Shown here piece by piece: positions 9,627-19,685 of a stretch of 64,000 nucleotides of DNA. Position numbers and translations under genes: made by a program. How positions within the stretch are numbered: the first letter of the stretch is position 1; every line of letters begins with the position of its first letter. The DNA is from Candidatus Aegiribacteria sp. (GTDB lineage: Bacteria; Fermentibacterota; Fermentibacteria; Fermentibacterales; JCC-6). Location of the stretch: positions 14,139 through 78,138 of the forward strand of contig JAGLOY010000013.1 in the NCBI GenBank assembly GCA_023138735.1, written 5' to 3'. The notes below the pieces were generated by a model that saw only the letters and a list, made by a program, of their open reading frames with translations, did not search any database and had not been told where the DNA came from.

Positions 9627-12600
9627 ATGATAAGACGAATAGTCGAATTCTGTCTGAAGAATCCTGCCGCAGTGATCATGATCGCAGCGCTGGCAGGCGG
9701 TACGGGCATATGGGCACTGAGGACCACTCCCGTGGACGCTTTCCCGGACATATCCGAAAATCAGGTTATCGTTTCAACACAATGGGCGGGGAGGAGCCCC
9801 GATGATGTTCAGGATCAGATAACCTACCCGCTCTCAGTCGAACTTCAGGGCATTCCCGGCGTCAAACAGGTAAGAGGTATGTCCGGGTTCGGATTCAGCC
9901 GTGTATATGTCGTTTTCGATGATAATATAGATTTCTACTGGGCACGAACCCGTGTTCTCGAGCGTCTGGGCGGCCTTGGTGATCTTCTTCCGTACGATGC
10001 TCTGCCCCAGCTGGGTCCGGATGCCACACCTCTCGGACAGATATACTGGTATACGGTTGAAGGTCCGCAGGATCTTGGTTCGCTTCGGACTCTGCAGGAT
10101 TACACCATCAAGTACGCGCTCCAGAGTATCCCCGGAGTTTCCGAAGTCGCAAGCATCGGTGGATTTGTAACGGAGTATCAGGTTGATGTCGATCCGAACC
10201 TTCTGTTCAACTACGGATTGGATATTCAGCAGGTTTCAGAGGCGATCTCCAGGTCAAACATCGATGTGGGTGCAAGAACAATTGAATCGTCCGGAATGGA
10301 GTATATCGTCAGAGGGACAGGGTTCCTGGAGGGGATAGAGGACCTTGAGCAAGTTCTCGTTGCAAGCGTTGATGGAGTTCCTGTCATGCTTGGAGACATC
10401 TCTACGATCGAAACCGGTCCTGCGTTCCGCAGAGGAGCACTTGCGGATCACAACGGTGAGATCGCCGGGGGGATTGTCGTCATGAGAAAGGATGCCAATC
10501 CCGTGCTCGTTATAGATGCAGTGGAGGAAAGACTGGCTGAAATCGCCCCGGCTCTTCCTGAAGGTGTTTCAATCACTCCTTATTACGATCGAAGAGAACT
10601 CGTCCTTGAAACAGTCGAAACCCTATCAGGCGTCATTGCGATGGAAATGCTGATTACGCTGATAGTTATTCTGATATTCCTGGTTCACCTCAGAAGCTCT
10701 CTTATTGTGACCGCTACCTTGCCGTACGCTGTGCTGCTCTGTTTTGCGGCAATGAAAGTTATTGGCATCTCGGCCAATATCATGAGCTTCGCGGGGATTG
10801 CGATCGCCATCGGCACACTGGTTGATATGGGAATAGTTGTTACGGAGAATATCCATCTCTCTCTAGCACGTGATAGTTTTAAAAATACACTTGTAAGCAT
10901 ACGTGATGCGGTTGCAGAGGTAGCTCCCGCGATACTTACATCGCTCGGGACAACTGTAATCAGTTTCGTGCCGGTATTCTTCCTCTCAGGGCAGAGCGGC
11001 AGGCTTTTCATACCTCTTGCCTGGACCAAAACCCTTGTTCTGACTGCTGCAGGCATTGTAGCAATCACGGTTGTACCGGTCCTGTCCCTGATTTTCATCG
11101 CAAAGGAACCAGGCGAGCGTAAACGGCTCAGAACACTACTGGCAATACTCGGTGCAAGCGCCCTCGCGGCATGGACAGCGTGGTCGCTCGGTCCGCCTTC
11201 ATGGCTTCCTCTCCAGAGGTGGCTTCTTTCTACACTGGTCTTCGGAGGATCGGCATTTCTCTTCTGGCACCTTGCGGGTGAGCGGTTGCATACTGGAAAG
11301 CAGGACAGAATTACCCGTCGCATAACATCGGTATACGAACCGGTACTGAGATGGTGCCTTACTCACCGCAAAACTTTTCTTGCCATGCCCGTAATCATTA
11401 TTTTTCTGGGACTTATGTCAATTACAGGAGCAAAAGTTTTTCTGAGCCCTCTTGATTCAATAGGATTCAACACCGAAGAATTCAGATTGACGGCTCTGAT
11501 TTCAGATCTTTTCCCGGGTATAGGCAGCGAGTTCATGCCGCCACTGGATGAGGGAAGTTTCCTCTTCATGCCTTCACTTCTTAACCAGGCAAGTCTTGGA
11601 CAAACCGTAGAGACGATGATCACTCAGAATGAAATGATGATTGGCGTCCCGGAAGTTGACAGAGTAGTCGGTAAGGCTGGCAGGGCTGATTCACCACTTG
11701 ACCCAGCTCCTGCAGGCATGATAGAGACCGTTATTACCCTGCTTCCCGAGGATGAGTGGAGAGAGGGCGTTACCTCGGCGGATATACTGAACGAACTCAG
11801 GGAAGCCACATCAATGCCTGGTATTGCACCCTCCTGGCTGCAGCCGATTGAAACCAGGATAGTTATGCTCCAGTCCGGGATCAGAAGCAATATCGGATGC
11901 GAAATACATGGTTCCGATTATCTGGAAATCGAAAGAATAGCTCTTGAAATAGAAAAAATTCTGGCGGAGATACCGGGTGCCGCTGACGTTTCAGCTCTCA
12001 GAACCGGCCGCAGACCTTACATTGAATTCACTGTGGACAGGCTAGTGGCTGCAAGATACGGTGTTTCTGTCGAACGGGTCCAGAGGACATTAGCTGCCGC
12101 AATAGGCGGCACATCAGCAACAACTGTGCTCTCGGGCAGAGAAAGGACCGATGTTCGTCTTCGATACGCCAGAGATTTCAGGAACGAGATATCCGACCTT
12201 GGTAGAATATTCGTGCGTACCATGTCCGGTTCGATGATCCCGGTTTCCCTGGTTGCCTCTATAGAAACCGTTACCGGTCCTGCTATGATCAGGTCGGTCA
12301 ATGGTGAGCTGGTCGGTTATGTCATGCTGAGTGCCGATGGCAGGGACGAAGGAGGGCTTGTTGAGGAAGCGGATGAAATCCTTAGAAACATAATCACAAC
12401 CGAAGCTTCACTCTCACCGGAGGAACGAACCATAAACCTTCCGGACGGTTACTACTTCAGATGGGTGGGAAACTACCTGAACCAGATGGAAGCGAAGAGA
12501 AGGTTCTCTCTGCTTATCCCTATCTGTCTTGCGGCGATCTTCGGGATCATGTACCTGCAGTTCAAAACTATTGCAGTCCCGGTGATAATCTTCCTCGGAG

Positions 12601-13070
12601 CGGTTCCGCTTGCAATTGCCGGTGGGTTTCTCTTCATACAGGTATGGCCATTTCTTCAGAACCTTCTTTTCGGGGTGGGATTAATGGCTTCCCCTTCGTT
12701 CGGCCCCATCTATCTAACGGTCGCGGTTGTAGTTGGCTTTATAGCTCTTCTCGGTATCTGCGTGGATGACGGTGTGCTGATGACCACATACATCAACCAG
12801 CTGATAAAGAAAGAGAAACCCTCCTCTAAACGCGAATTGAGAGAGCTTGTTCTGATCGCCGGGAAACGGCGTATCCGACCCGCGGTGATGACAACAGTAA
12901 CAACACTCATAGCTCTGATCCCGGTAATCCTTGTATCCGGAAGAGGTTCGGAACTTTCCAGACCTATGGCACTTCCGGTATTCGGAGGGATGCTGATAGA
13001 GTTCATGACAATGCTTATAGTACCGGTAGCCTACAGCTGGTGGCTCGAAAGGAAATTCCGTGGCAGCTAA
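9627..13070 (+). CDS. cusA: CusA/CzcA heavy-metal RND permease, Cu/Ag type
   Basis: PVDAFPDISENQVIV, DIDFYWARTRVLE, GSEFMPPLDEGSFLFMP, RIRPAVMT. Confidence 0.95.
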   Translation: MIRRIVEFCLKNPAAVIMIAALAGGTGIWALRTTPVDAFPDISENQVIVSTQWAGRSPDDVQDQITYPLSVELQGIPGVKQVRGMSGFGFSRVYVVFDDNIDFYWARTRVLERLGGLGDLLPYDALPQLGPDATPLGQIYWYTVEGPQDLGSLRTLQDYTIKYALQSIPGVSEVASIGGFVTEYQVDVDPNLLFNYGLDIQQVSEAISRSNIDVGARTIESSGMEYIVRGTGFLEGIEDLEQVLVASVDGVPVMLGDISTIETGPAFRRGALADHNGEIAGGIVVMRKDANPVLVIDAVEERLAEIAPALPEGVSITPYYDRRELVLETVETLSGVIAMEMLITLIVILIFLVHLRSSLIVTATLPYAVLLCFAAMKVIGISANIMSFAGIAIAIGTLVDMGIVVTENIHLSLARDSFKNTLVSIRDAVAEVAPAILTSLGTTVISFVPVFFLSGQSGRLFIPLAWTKTLVLTAAGIVAITVVPVLSLIFIAKEPGERKRLRTLLAILGASALAAWTAWSLGPPSWLPLQRWLLSTLVFGGSAFLFWHLAGERLHTGKQDRITRRITSVYEPVLRWCLTHRKTFLAMPVIIIFLGLMSITGAKVFLSPLDSIGFNTEEFRLTALISDLFPGIGSEFMPPLDEGSFLFMPSLLNQASLGQTVETMITQNEMMIGVPEVDRVVGKAGRADSPLDPAPAGMIETVITLLPEDEWREGVTSADILNELREATSMPGIAPSWLQPIETRIVMLQSGIRSNIGCEIHGSDYLEIERIALEIEKILAEIPGAADVSALRTGRRPYIEFTVDRLVAARYGVSVERVQRTLAAAIGGTSATTVLSGRERTDVRLRYARDFRNEISDLGRIFVRTMSGSMIPVSLVASIETVTGPAMIRSVNGELVGYVMLSADGRDEGGLVEEADEILRNIITTEASLSPEERTINLPDGYYFRWVGNYLNQMEAKRRFSLLIPICLAAIFGIMYLQFKTIAVPVIIFLGAVPLAIAGGFLFIQVWPFLQNLLFGVGLMASPSFGPIYLTVAVVVGFIALLGICVDDGVLMTTYINQLIKKEKPSSKRELRELVLIAGKRRIRPAVMTTVTTLIALIPVILVSGRGSELSRPMALPVFGGMLIEFMTMLIVPVAYSWWLERKFRGS

Positions 13071-13521
13071 TAGAAATTACAGGATAACTGTAGAGACAGT
13101 GAACATTTCGATGAAAAAGGGAACGGCAAAGCATCCCGTATCTGTAATAGAACTGGACAGTGAGGGAGTGCTCGGAGATGCGCACCGAGGAACCCCGGGA
13201 AGGAATGTAAGCCTTCTGGACAGGGCTCTGGTCGATGAGCTTACGGTTTCATCCGGCAGCGAAAGAATTCCTGAAGGCGCAATGGGCGAGAACATAACCT
13301 TCAGGATAAGCGGACCTGACACTCCAAGGGTGGGCGACAGGATACAGGTAGGTGAAGTCCTGATGCGAGTAGAAAAGATCGGCAAGGAGTGTCATGGAGA
13401 TGGCTGCGAGATCTTCAGGAGAATCGGCAGATGCGTCATGCCCGCCTCAGGGATATTCTGCTCGGTGATCAGAGGCGGGATGATTCAGCCCGGCATGACC
13501 GGTGAACTTATCCGCGTTTGA
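13060..13521 (+). CDS. MOSC domain protein
   Basis: GDAH.G...RNVSLL, GENIT, IGKECH..CEIF...GRCVMP..GIFC. Confidence 0.85.
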   Translation: MAANRNYRITVETVNISMKKGTAKHPVSVIELDSEGVLGDAHRGTPGRNVSLLDRALVDELTVSSGSERIPEGAMGENITFRISGPDTPRVGDRIQVGEVLMRVEKIGKECHGDGCEIFRRIGRCVMPASGIFCSVIRGGMIQPGMTGELIRV

Positions 13522-13541
13522 ACTGACTTTCAGTCAGATAT

Positions 13542-14324
13542 TTACATCTCCCGGACGATCACAAAATCAGCCTGATCGGCTTCCCATGATTCATCCTCAC
13601 CAATGACACTGACGGTCAGATACGAAACACCCGGTTCCAGCTGATCCGGTATTCCCGAGCGGTAATCGCTGTGAAAACTCCCGCATACGAATACACAGCT
13701 TATTCCTTCGATAGATGATGCCATTACTGCGTCCTTGAGGAGCTGAGCTCTGTACATGTTGACAGGGTCCATGGGCATGGATTGCATCTGACCGCTCAGG
13801 GCTTCCATTGTAGCGAGGAATTGCTGCCGGTAGAAAACACTCGAGGAGTCTACGCTTATGTACTCAAAGAACTCGGAACCTTCCGTATCCCCGAGACCCT
13901 CCCATCCTCTTCTTGCCACAGCAGAGGCAAAATGACGGGGTACGTTTGCGGCAATAACACTGTAGCCGTTCTGGGCGGCATACTCCACCATGGGATGGTA
14001 GTCCTCCAGATAATTGCTCCAGGGTCTTGCGGATTCGAGAAGCTCATCCAGGCTTAGGTCTCCCGAAAGGTACGAGTCAAGCAGCCCCTGCACATCGGTC
14101 TCGAACATCTCAAGGGCAAGGCACCGCTCATCGGACGCAAGGTTCGTCCAGATGTAGAGTTCCCACATATGCGCGAGCGCGTCATCATGCTTCTCCCCGA
14201 TGAATACTACAGGGACTTCTTCAAGAATAGTTATCATTTCATCGGAGGTTACGGTATCTCCTCCATGATGGATTATTCCCTGGGGAAATGTAAGCACGAG
14301 CATTGCAGTAATTAGTATTCCCAA
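13542..14324 (-). CDS. ChaN/PhuW-like (DUF399) protein
   Basis: VFIGEKHDD..H, LALEMF, W.NY..DY.P, AANVP, AQLLKDAVMA, GSFHS. Confidence 0.85.
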   Translation of the reverse strand: MGILITAMLVLTFPQGIIHHGGDTVTSDEMITILEEVPVVFIGEKHDDALAHMWELYIWTNLASDERCLALEMFETDVQGLLDSYLSGDLSLDELLESARPWSNYLEDYHPMVEYAAQNGYSVIAANVPRHFASAVARRGWEGLGDTEGSEFFEYISVDSSSVFYRQQFLATMEALSGQMQSMPMDPVNMYRAQLLKDAVMASSIEGISCVFVCGSFHSDYRSGIPDQLEPGVSYLTVSVIGEDESWEADQADFVIVREM

Positions 14325-14402
14325 AGTCCACTTCCTTCTTAAGAGTATTGATCAATTTGATGAAAACATGCGCAAACCGGGCTGCTCGGGCAAGCCTGCA
14401 CA

Positions 14403-14486
14403 GTCTCCACTTCACATGTGGTTAAGGGAATGGAACCAAGGTTTTCGAGCTGGCAAGCACCAGTTCGAATCCCATTGGGGGTACCA
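14403..14486 (+). pseudogene. Degenerate tRNA-like sequence, Glu-like
   Basis: Ends GTTCGAATCCCATTGGGGGTACCA. TGGTTAAGG and CCAAGGTTTTCGAGCTGG resemble D and anticodon arms, but the T-stem does not pair. Confidence 0.35.
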
Positions 14487-14554
14487 AATAGCAGAATTTA
14501 GAACTCATTCCCATCCATTGCGACAGTTCGAAATACCTCCACCAGGGGGTACTA
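14463..14554 (+). repeat. tRNA-3'-end-like repeat cluster 1 (2 units)
   Basis: GTTCGAA...GGGGGTAC units at 14463 and 14526, separated by CAGAATTTAGAA. Confidence 0.7.
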
Positions 14555-14625
14555 GATATCAAGTTTATCGAACTTGTTGACATCTGCATAAATACTTAAG
14601 ATTCTATAATTGACTAAATAGAAGG

Positions 14626-16035
14626 ATGGTAATCATGCGTTATTTATTGAGCATAATGATTCTTTTGGTACTAGATGCGTTCGCATACGTCGATGTTGTT
14701 GGCTGTTCTTCGGGAAACTTCGTGGTCTGGGACAATGGTGTGGGAGCAGTGCGTCTGGCCGAGATAGAGGGTTCCCAGGACACACTTGAGTTCGGGCTGA
14801 ATAACCCATCGCTGGGTTATACTGTCATTGACGGAGAGCCTCGTCTAGTACTGACAACATATTCCTATAATCAGTTGGTTGCTGACTCCCTTTTCCTGAT
14901 AGATCCTCTTCCCCTGTTCGTTGTGGGATCAAGGAGCGTTGCTTCATCTGACCTCTGCTGGCTCAGTATGCCAAGTATCGTTGAGGGCAGTATTAAGACT
15001 GCAAGGCATCAGAACGAGGAAGATGCCTTCTACATATCTGCTGACGCCTACCTGCCCATAAGCGGAGCTGGGGAAGGCAACGTCATATCAGCCCGTTTCC
15101 AGTGCGACACTTCGGGAGAACTTTACATTACAGACACTCTGGGAGTCAGCATAGACTCTTATTCCGGAGGGATCAACTCCTACAGCAGTCCGGTAAGCTG
15201 CAGCTCATCAAACCCGAGCCAGCTATGGAGTTACATTAACTCATACATGTTCCCTTCATACGCAGTTTATGCAGGTGTTCACCAGATCGACGGAGACCCT
15301 GTCCCGGGGGACTTCGAGCCGATGCTTCATGATTGCTTTTATAGTACTGACTACGGTGGGGAAGTAAGGGCGGTTGGTTCCTGCGCCACGGAGGTGCTGG
15401 GATTCTGGACTACGAACGGCAACACCGAACTCTGGTACTCCGTTATCCAGCCCGGAGCAGTGGAACCGGACTCCTCCGAGCCTGCTCCCTATGGAATACC
15501 TGTACAGTCTGCAATAGCTATGAGTGCGAACCCCGATGATGACGGCCTGCTTCTGGTGTGGCAGCAAGGGAACGAGTTGAGGTGTGCCCACTGGGATGGC
15601 GAGTGGAACTCCTTCAACCATGTGGTGGAGACCGGCCTACCGGGTCTTTGCAACGGTAATCTGGCGGTCTGCAGCGTTGACTCGGGCTACATCGTCGTAT
15701 GGGATTCGTACCCGGTACCTGAGACAAGGTTCATAGCCAGGGACATGGTGACCTCCATCGTCGGATCCCAGGGAGATCCCTTACAGGATGATATCCAGGT
15801 GTCACCCAATCCGGTCCTATCGGGACAGACTGCCATGATCAGTTTGGGTTCCGCCTCGAACGTTGGCTCAATAGAAGTCTACGACCTTAACGGAAGGCTG
15901 ATAAGGGAACTGGAACCGGATGAGTCTGGAAATGCTTCTTTCGATACATCCGGCATTCCTCAGGGAACCTACTTCGTAAGAAGTATGACTGCCGGAGACG
16001 CGAGCACCCGAAAGATCCTTCTCCTTAGCGAATGA
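14626..16035 (+). CDS. Secreted protein with T9SS-type C-terminal domain
   Basis: Signal peptide; VSPNP...IEVYDLNGRLI...GTYFVR...RKILLL. Confidence 0.85.
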   Translation: MVIMRYLLSIMILLVLDAFAYVDVVGCSSGNFVVWDNGVGAVRLAEIEGSQDTLEFGLNNPSLGYTVIDGEPRLVLTTYSYNQLVADSLFLIDPLPLFVVGSRSVASSDLCWLSMPSIVEGSIKTARHQNEEDAFYISADAYLPISGAGEGNVISARFQCDTSGELYITDTLGVSIDSYSGGINSYSSPVSCSSSNPSQLWSYINSYMFPSYAVYAGVHQIDGDPVPGDFEPMLHDCFYSTDYGGEVRAVGSCATEVLGFWTTNGNTELWYSVIQPGAVEPDSSEPAPYGIPVQSAIAMSANPDDDGLLLVWQQGNELRCAHWDGEWNSFNHVVETGLPGLCNGNLAVCSVDSGYIVVWDSYPVPETRFIARDMVTSIVGSQGDPLQDDIQVSPNPVLSGQTAMISLGSASNVGSIEVYDLNGRLIRELEPDESGNASFDTSGIPQGTYFVRSMTAGDASTRKILLLSE

Positions 16036-16386
16036 AGCAGTCCAGTGAATTGAGAGTCTGAGGAAATCAGGAAGTATCGAGATCCAACCGAAAGGAGCAA
16101 GCTCTTCTGCAAAACGGTGGTGAACAATAGGAATCTTGATTTCAAACCGCTCCGGGAGTCTTTCCCGAGACAGCATATTTTCACAATAAACCACGGATTC
16201 CTGCTTGAAACTCGCATACTGTACTGAACCATCTACCGTCAAAGAAATGACCAACCTACAATCCCTCGATACACCACATAAGGACACAACTGTTCCCTGA
16301 AGGCGGATCACGGAGATTTTAACCGACTTATATCTCGGGCACGTTATCTTGCCACGGAACGTAGTCGGCGCAGACTTCGCAAACAG

Positions 16387-16462
16387 ATTCAAGAGGTTCA
16401 GCTGGATAGATCATCGGCTTTGGTAGCCGGAAGCATGGATTCGAATCCCGTTGGGAGTACCA
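16387..16462 (+). pseudogene. Degenerate tRNA-like cloverleaf with Arg-like D-loop
   Basis: D arm GTTC-AGCTGGATA-GATC; anticodon arm TCGGC-TTTGGTA-GCCGG; T arm ATGGA-TTCGAAT-CCCGT; 3' ACCA; acceptor stem has 2 mismatches. Confidence 0.45.
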
Positions 16463-16596
16463 GATATCAGAATTTAGAACTCACTCCCAACAGTGATATA
16501 GTTCGAAATGCGTCCAGCACGGGGTACCAGTTTTCAGAATTTAGAATCCATTTCCAACCATGACAGGAGTTCGAAATACCTCTACCAGGGGGTACC
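16440..16596 (+). repeat. tRNA-3'-end-like repeat cluster 2 (3 units, about 61-68 bp period)
   Basis: TTCGAA...GGGRGTACC at 16440, 16501 and 16569 with CAGAATTTAGAA linkers; the unit at 16569 nearly matches 14526. Confidence 0.75.
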
Positions 16597-16628
16597 GCCC
16601 GGGACTCATACGGTTTGTTCACAGCAAA

Positions 16629-17396
16629 TTATTTACCGTTTCCAAGGACGACTATCCTGGTAGAAGAATTGACCACATCCGATCTACAGGTGTAAAGACC
16701 TGGAGTGAGACCGTTAATGCTTCCATCTCCACTGGAGACCACCACAAGTCTGCCTTGCATGTCATAGACCCTTATCTCTGTTCCCTCAGCCCATTGAGGC
16801 AGCGAAACGGCGAAGGAACCGTTTGACGGATTCGGAAAGACACTGAGGTTATCCTGCGTAACGGAAGGGTCTTCCTCGTGGATCGAGCCTGGATGATTAG
16901 CTTCAATGGTCAGCTCTTCAAGAACGGGAGTTGAATCAGGGTTCGAAGTCAAAAAGACAACCTTATACTGCAGGTAGTCCACATTATCCGGCATTGAGTC
17001 AGAAATATCCGTGTACGAAACCGTAAAGGGGCCGTACCATTCACCCATCTGGCGGTGATCCAGGGAAGCTCTCACATAAAATTCCAGAGCCGTTTCCGAT
17101 GGAGTGCTTGCATCCCAATAAATCAACCCCCACATTACAGCATCAGTTGGCTGGGGAATGGTCAGTATTGATGAAACAAGTACTCCGTACGTGCGGTAGC
17201 CTGATGAACCATCCTCCAGCGTAAGCTGATAAGGAGTCTGCCAGTTAACGGAATCTGAAATCAGAAAGTGATCGTCAAAATTCCAGACGGGATCCCTAAC
17301 AATTGGACCTCCACTCCAGTCATACTGTGTGTTTGGAATCTGTGCTGTGGATTGCCCGGCTAAACTAAGAACAAAAACTGTGAATAGAATTCTCAT
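16629..17396 (-). CDS. Secreted QxDWSGG-scaffold protein with T9SS-type CTD
   Basis: QYDWSGG N-terminus; YLQYKV..TPVLEE; VFPNPSNG...VYDMQGR; GGAGG RBS. Confidence 0.85.
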   Translation of the reverse strand: MRILFTVFVLSLAGQSTAQIPNTQYDWSGGPIVRDPVWNFDDHFLISDSVNWQTPYQLTLEDGSSGYRTYGVLVSSILTIPQPTDAVMWGLIYWDASTPSETALEFYVRASLDHRQMGEWYGPFTVSYTDISDSMPDNVDYLQYKVVFLTSNPDSTPVLEELTIEANHPGSIHEEDPSVTQDNLSVFPNPSNGSFAVSLPQWAEGTEIRVYDMQGRLVVVSSGDGSINGLTPGLYTCRSDVVNSSTRIVVLGNGK

Positions 17397-17597
17397 GAGA
17401 CCTCCAATAGAATAGCATCCAGCACATGGTTATAACTTGTATTACATCAATCAGCTATCTAATTAATAATAACGTCTTTAATTCACTCAGGTCAATCCCA
17501 TGGAATGAGTTAGCCGATTCCTTATTGAGCAGTGGGGAGTGAGTACGAATAGAATTGAATTCTAGACCGGTTTACGGGGATTCGCTCGGAAGCAGGG

Positions 17598-17649
17598 TTG
17601 ACTGTAAAAATGATGATTTATAGATTTGTGAAAGTTCGAACTATCACAA
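17598..17649 (+). promoter_or_regulatory. rex promoter and Rex-like operator with extended spacer
   Basis: TTGACT (17598)-17 nt-TAGATT (17621); 24-bp near-palindrome TTGTGAAAGTTCGAACTATCACAA at 17626-17649. Confidence 0.65.
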
Positions 17650-17650
17650 T

Positions 17651-18301
17651 ATGTACGGAGATGAAATGCCCGGAAGGAAAGTGTCCGAAAAAACTATAAG
17701 AAGGCTCAGCCACTATGCAAGGTGCCTCAGGAGAGCCAGAACCGACGGAGTACCGCTGGTTACTTCCAAACATCTCTCTGAAAGATGCGGCATCTCATCC
17801 GCAGCCGTAAGGAAAGACCTTGCGTTTTTCGGAGAATTCGGGAAGCAGGGATCCGGGTATGGTGTATCGGACCTTCTTGAGAATATTGAAAGAATACTTG
17901 GTACCTGTGAACCTCCGGCTGTGATTGTGGTCGGAGCTGGGAACATCGGCAGTGTTCTACTGGAATCGGTACTTGATGGAACCGGCGGATACAGTTATTC
18001 CGCGCTTTTTGACAGCGATCCGAATATTATCGGCACAACGATTGCGGGAGTCACCGTTCAGCCACTTGCTGAACTCAGGGAGGCTTTGGGCGAGCATGGT
18101 GATGTTATTGCCATATTGGCAGTCCCTCCCGGAGAGGGACAGAATGCCGTCGATAATCTGGTAAGCACCGGATGCATCTCCATACTCAGCTTTACGCTCG
18201 AACCCCTCGAAGTTCCAGACGGAGTTGTTCTGCGATATGTCGAGGTGTCTACAGAGCTTGATATTCTTACACATTCGATGAAATGCAGGGATCGTTCATG
18301 A
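17651..18301 (+). CDS. rex: Redox-sensing transcriptional repressor Rex (start may be 17666)
   Basis: TIRRL..Y, VRKDLAFFGEFGKQGSGY, VVGAGNIG. Confidence 0.93.
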   Translation: MYGDEMPGRKVSEKTIRRLSHYARCLRRARTDGVPLVTSKHLSERCGISSAAVRKDLAFFGEFGKQGSGYGVSDLLENIERILGTCEPPAVIVVGAGNIGSVLLESVLDGTGGYSYSALFDSDPNIIGTTIAGVTVQPLAELREALGEHGDVIAILAVPPGEGQNAVDNLVSTGCISILSFTLEPLEVPDGVVLRYVEVSTELDILTHSMKCRDRS

Positions 18302-18347
18302 TGAGCACCAGTATACCGGAGTGATGAATATTTGCGCCGGAGGGTAT

Positions 18348-19277
18348 TTAATCTTCCTGAAATCTTCTCACTCTTGTATGGCACGAGGTCCCGATTCCGT
18401 TCTTATCATAATAGTTCTGGTGGTACTCCTCCGCAGACCAGAAATCACCTGCAGGGACCAGCTCTGTGACAACTTCATATCCCCGGTTTCTGAGAATCTG
18501 AACCAGCTCTTCCAGCACAGCGAGCTGTTCGTCTGTTGTATAGAATACTGCTGATCTGTATTGGGTTCCCGTATCTACGCCCTGGCGATTGACCTGGGTC
18601 GGGTCATGAATCTCGAAGAAGATCATAGCCAGTTCATTGAATGAAACAATCGAAGTATCGTAGATCACCCTAACTGTTTCAGCGTGTCCTGTGGCTCCCG
18701 AACACACTTCACTGTAGGAGGGATTATCGGTTGTTCCTCCCATATACCCGGACCGGGCTTCAAGAACTCCCGATGTCTGTTCGAAAGCACTTTCCATTCC
18801 CCAGAAACAACCGCCTGCAAAGAAGATCGTCTCTATTCTGTCAGCAGAGATAAAATCCATGGAAATGGAGTTAACACAGTGCCGCGTGTCTGTTTCCGTG
18901 TAACCCTCACCTGTAAATACATGCCCTAGATGACCGCCGCATGAAGCGCAGAGTATCTCGGTTCTCTCGCCGTCCTGATCTACCCTGACTTCAACAGCCC
19001 CTTCTATGGCCAGATCGAAGGCGGGCCAACCGCAGTGTGCAGGGAATTTAGTTTCGGACATGAAAAGGGGGCTTCCACATCTTTTGCAGGTGTATACACC
19101 ATCTTCATACGTGTCTAGATATTCACCGCTGAAGGGGATTTCCGTGCCTCCGTGAACTATAACGTACTCCTCCTCTGAAGTGAGATTTCTGTATTCCATA
19201 TCATCTCCATCCACTCGGGAACCGGTCACACTTATCACTCCGGTCACAATCAGTAGATATGATGCAATTTTCCACAT
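18348..19277 (-). CDS. msrAB: Bifunctional MsrB-MsrA methionine sulfoxide reductase with N-terminal hydrophobic leader
   Basis: CGWPAF, HLGHVF and RHCVNS (MsrB); AGGCFWG, GTQYRS and AEEYHQNY (MsrA); GGAGG before ATG 19277. Confidence 0.95.
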   Translation of the reverse strand: MWKIASYLLIVTGVISVTGSRVDGDDMEYRNLTSEEEYVIVHGGTEIPFSGEYLDTYEDGVYTCKRCGSPLFMSETKFPAHCGWPAFDLAIEGAVEVRVDQDGERTEILCASCGGHLGHVFTGEGYTETDTRHCVNSISMDFISADRIETIFFAGGCFWGMESAFEQTSGVLEARSGYMGGTTDNPSYSEVCSGATGHAETVRVIYDTSIVSFNELAMIFFEIHDPTQVNRQGVDTGTQYRSAVFYTTDEQLAVLEELVQILRNRGYEVVTELVPAGDFWSAEEYHQNYYDKNGIGTSCHTRVRRFQED

Positions 19278-19685
19278 TTTGCTACCTCCATTTCCTATAC
19301 AACACGAATGAGAAGCAGAGGTTCCGCGTGTCATATTTGCTGGAACAGCTTGATTGTTTGCCAATTATGGGACTATTGCTATAATTAATAAATGAGTACG
19401 AAAAGAAGTATCAATTCCGTATTTTTGCAGTGTATGGTTTCCTTCTCGGTCCTGTTGTTTTTCTCTTCATACGGAGATGGGTCCACTGCTCCCGATGAGG
19501 GTTACGAAGTACTACCGGCCCAATCTCCGCAGCCTTCGAGTGAGCGGTTGGTCGGCATCGGAATCACGGCAAGTGAAGATGGTTTCACGAGTTCTTTACC
19601 GACTGGCTCCAGCTGCTTGAGGAAACCGGGGTAAGGGGCTGGTAGATTATTGATCTCATTTAACGTTATCAGATCGGGGAAAATA

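Noticed and set aside
16050-16392. Mobile-element enzyme remnant (RT, transposase or integrase)
   Set aside because: The stop-interrupted + frame and the - ORF 15868-16392 show no convincing catalytic motif.
14463-16596. CRISPR array
   Set aside because: Few degenerate units, similar rather than unique spacers, tRNA T-arm/CCA-like motif, and no cas genes.
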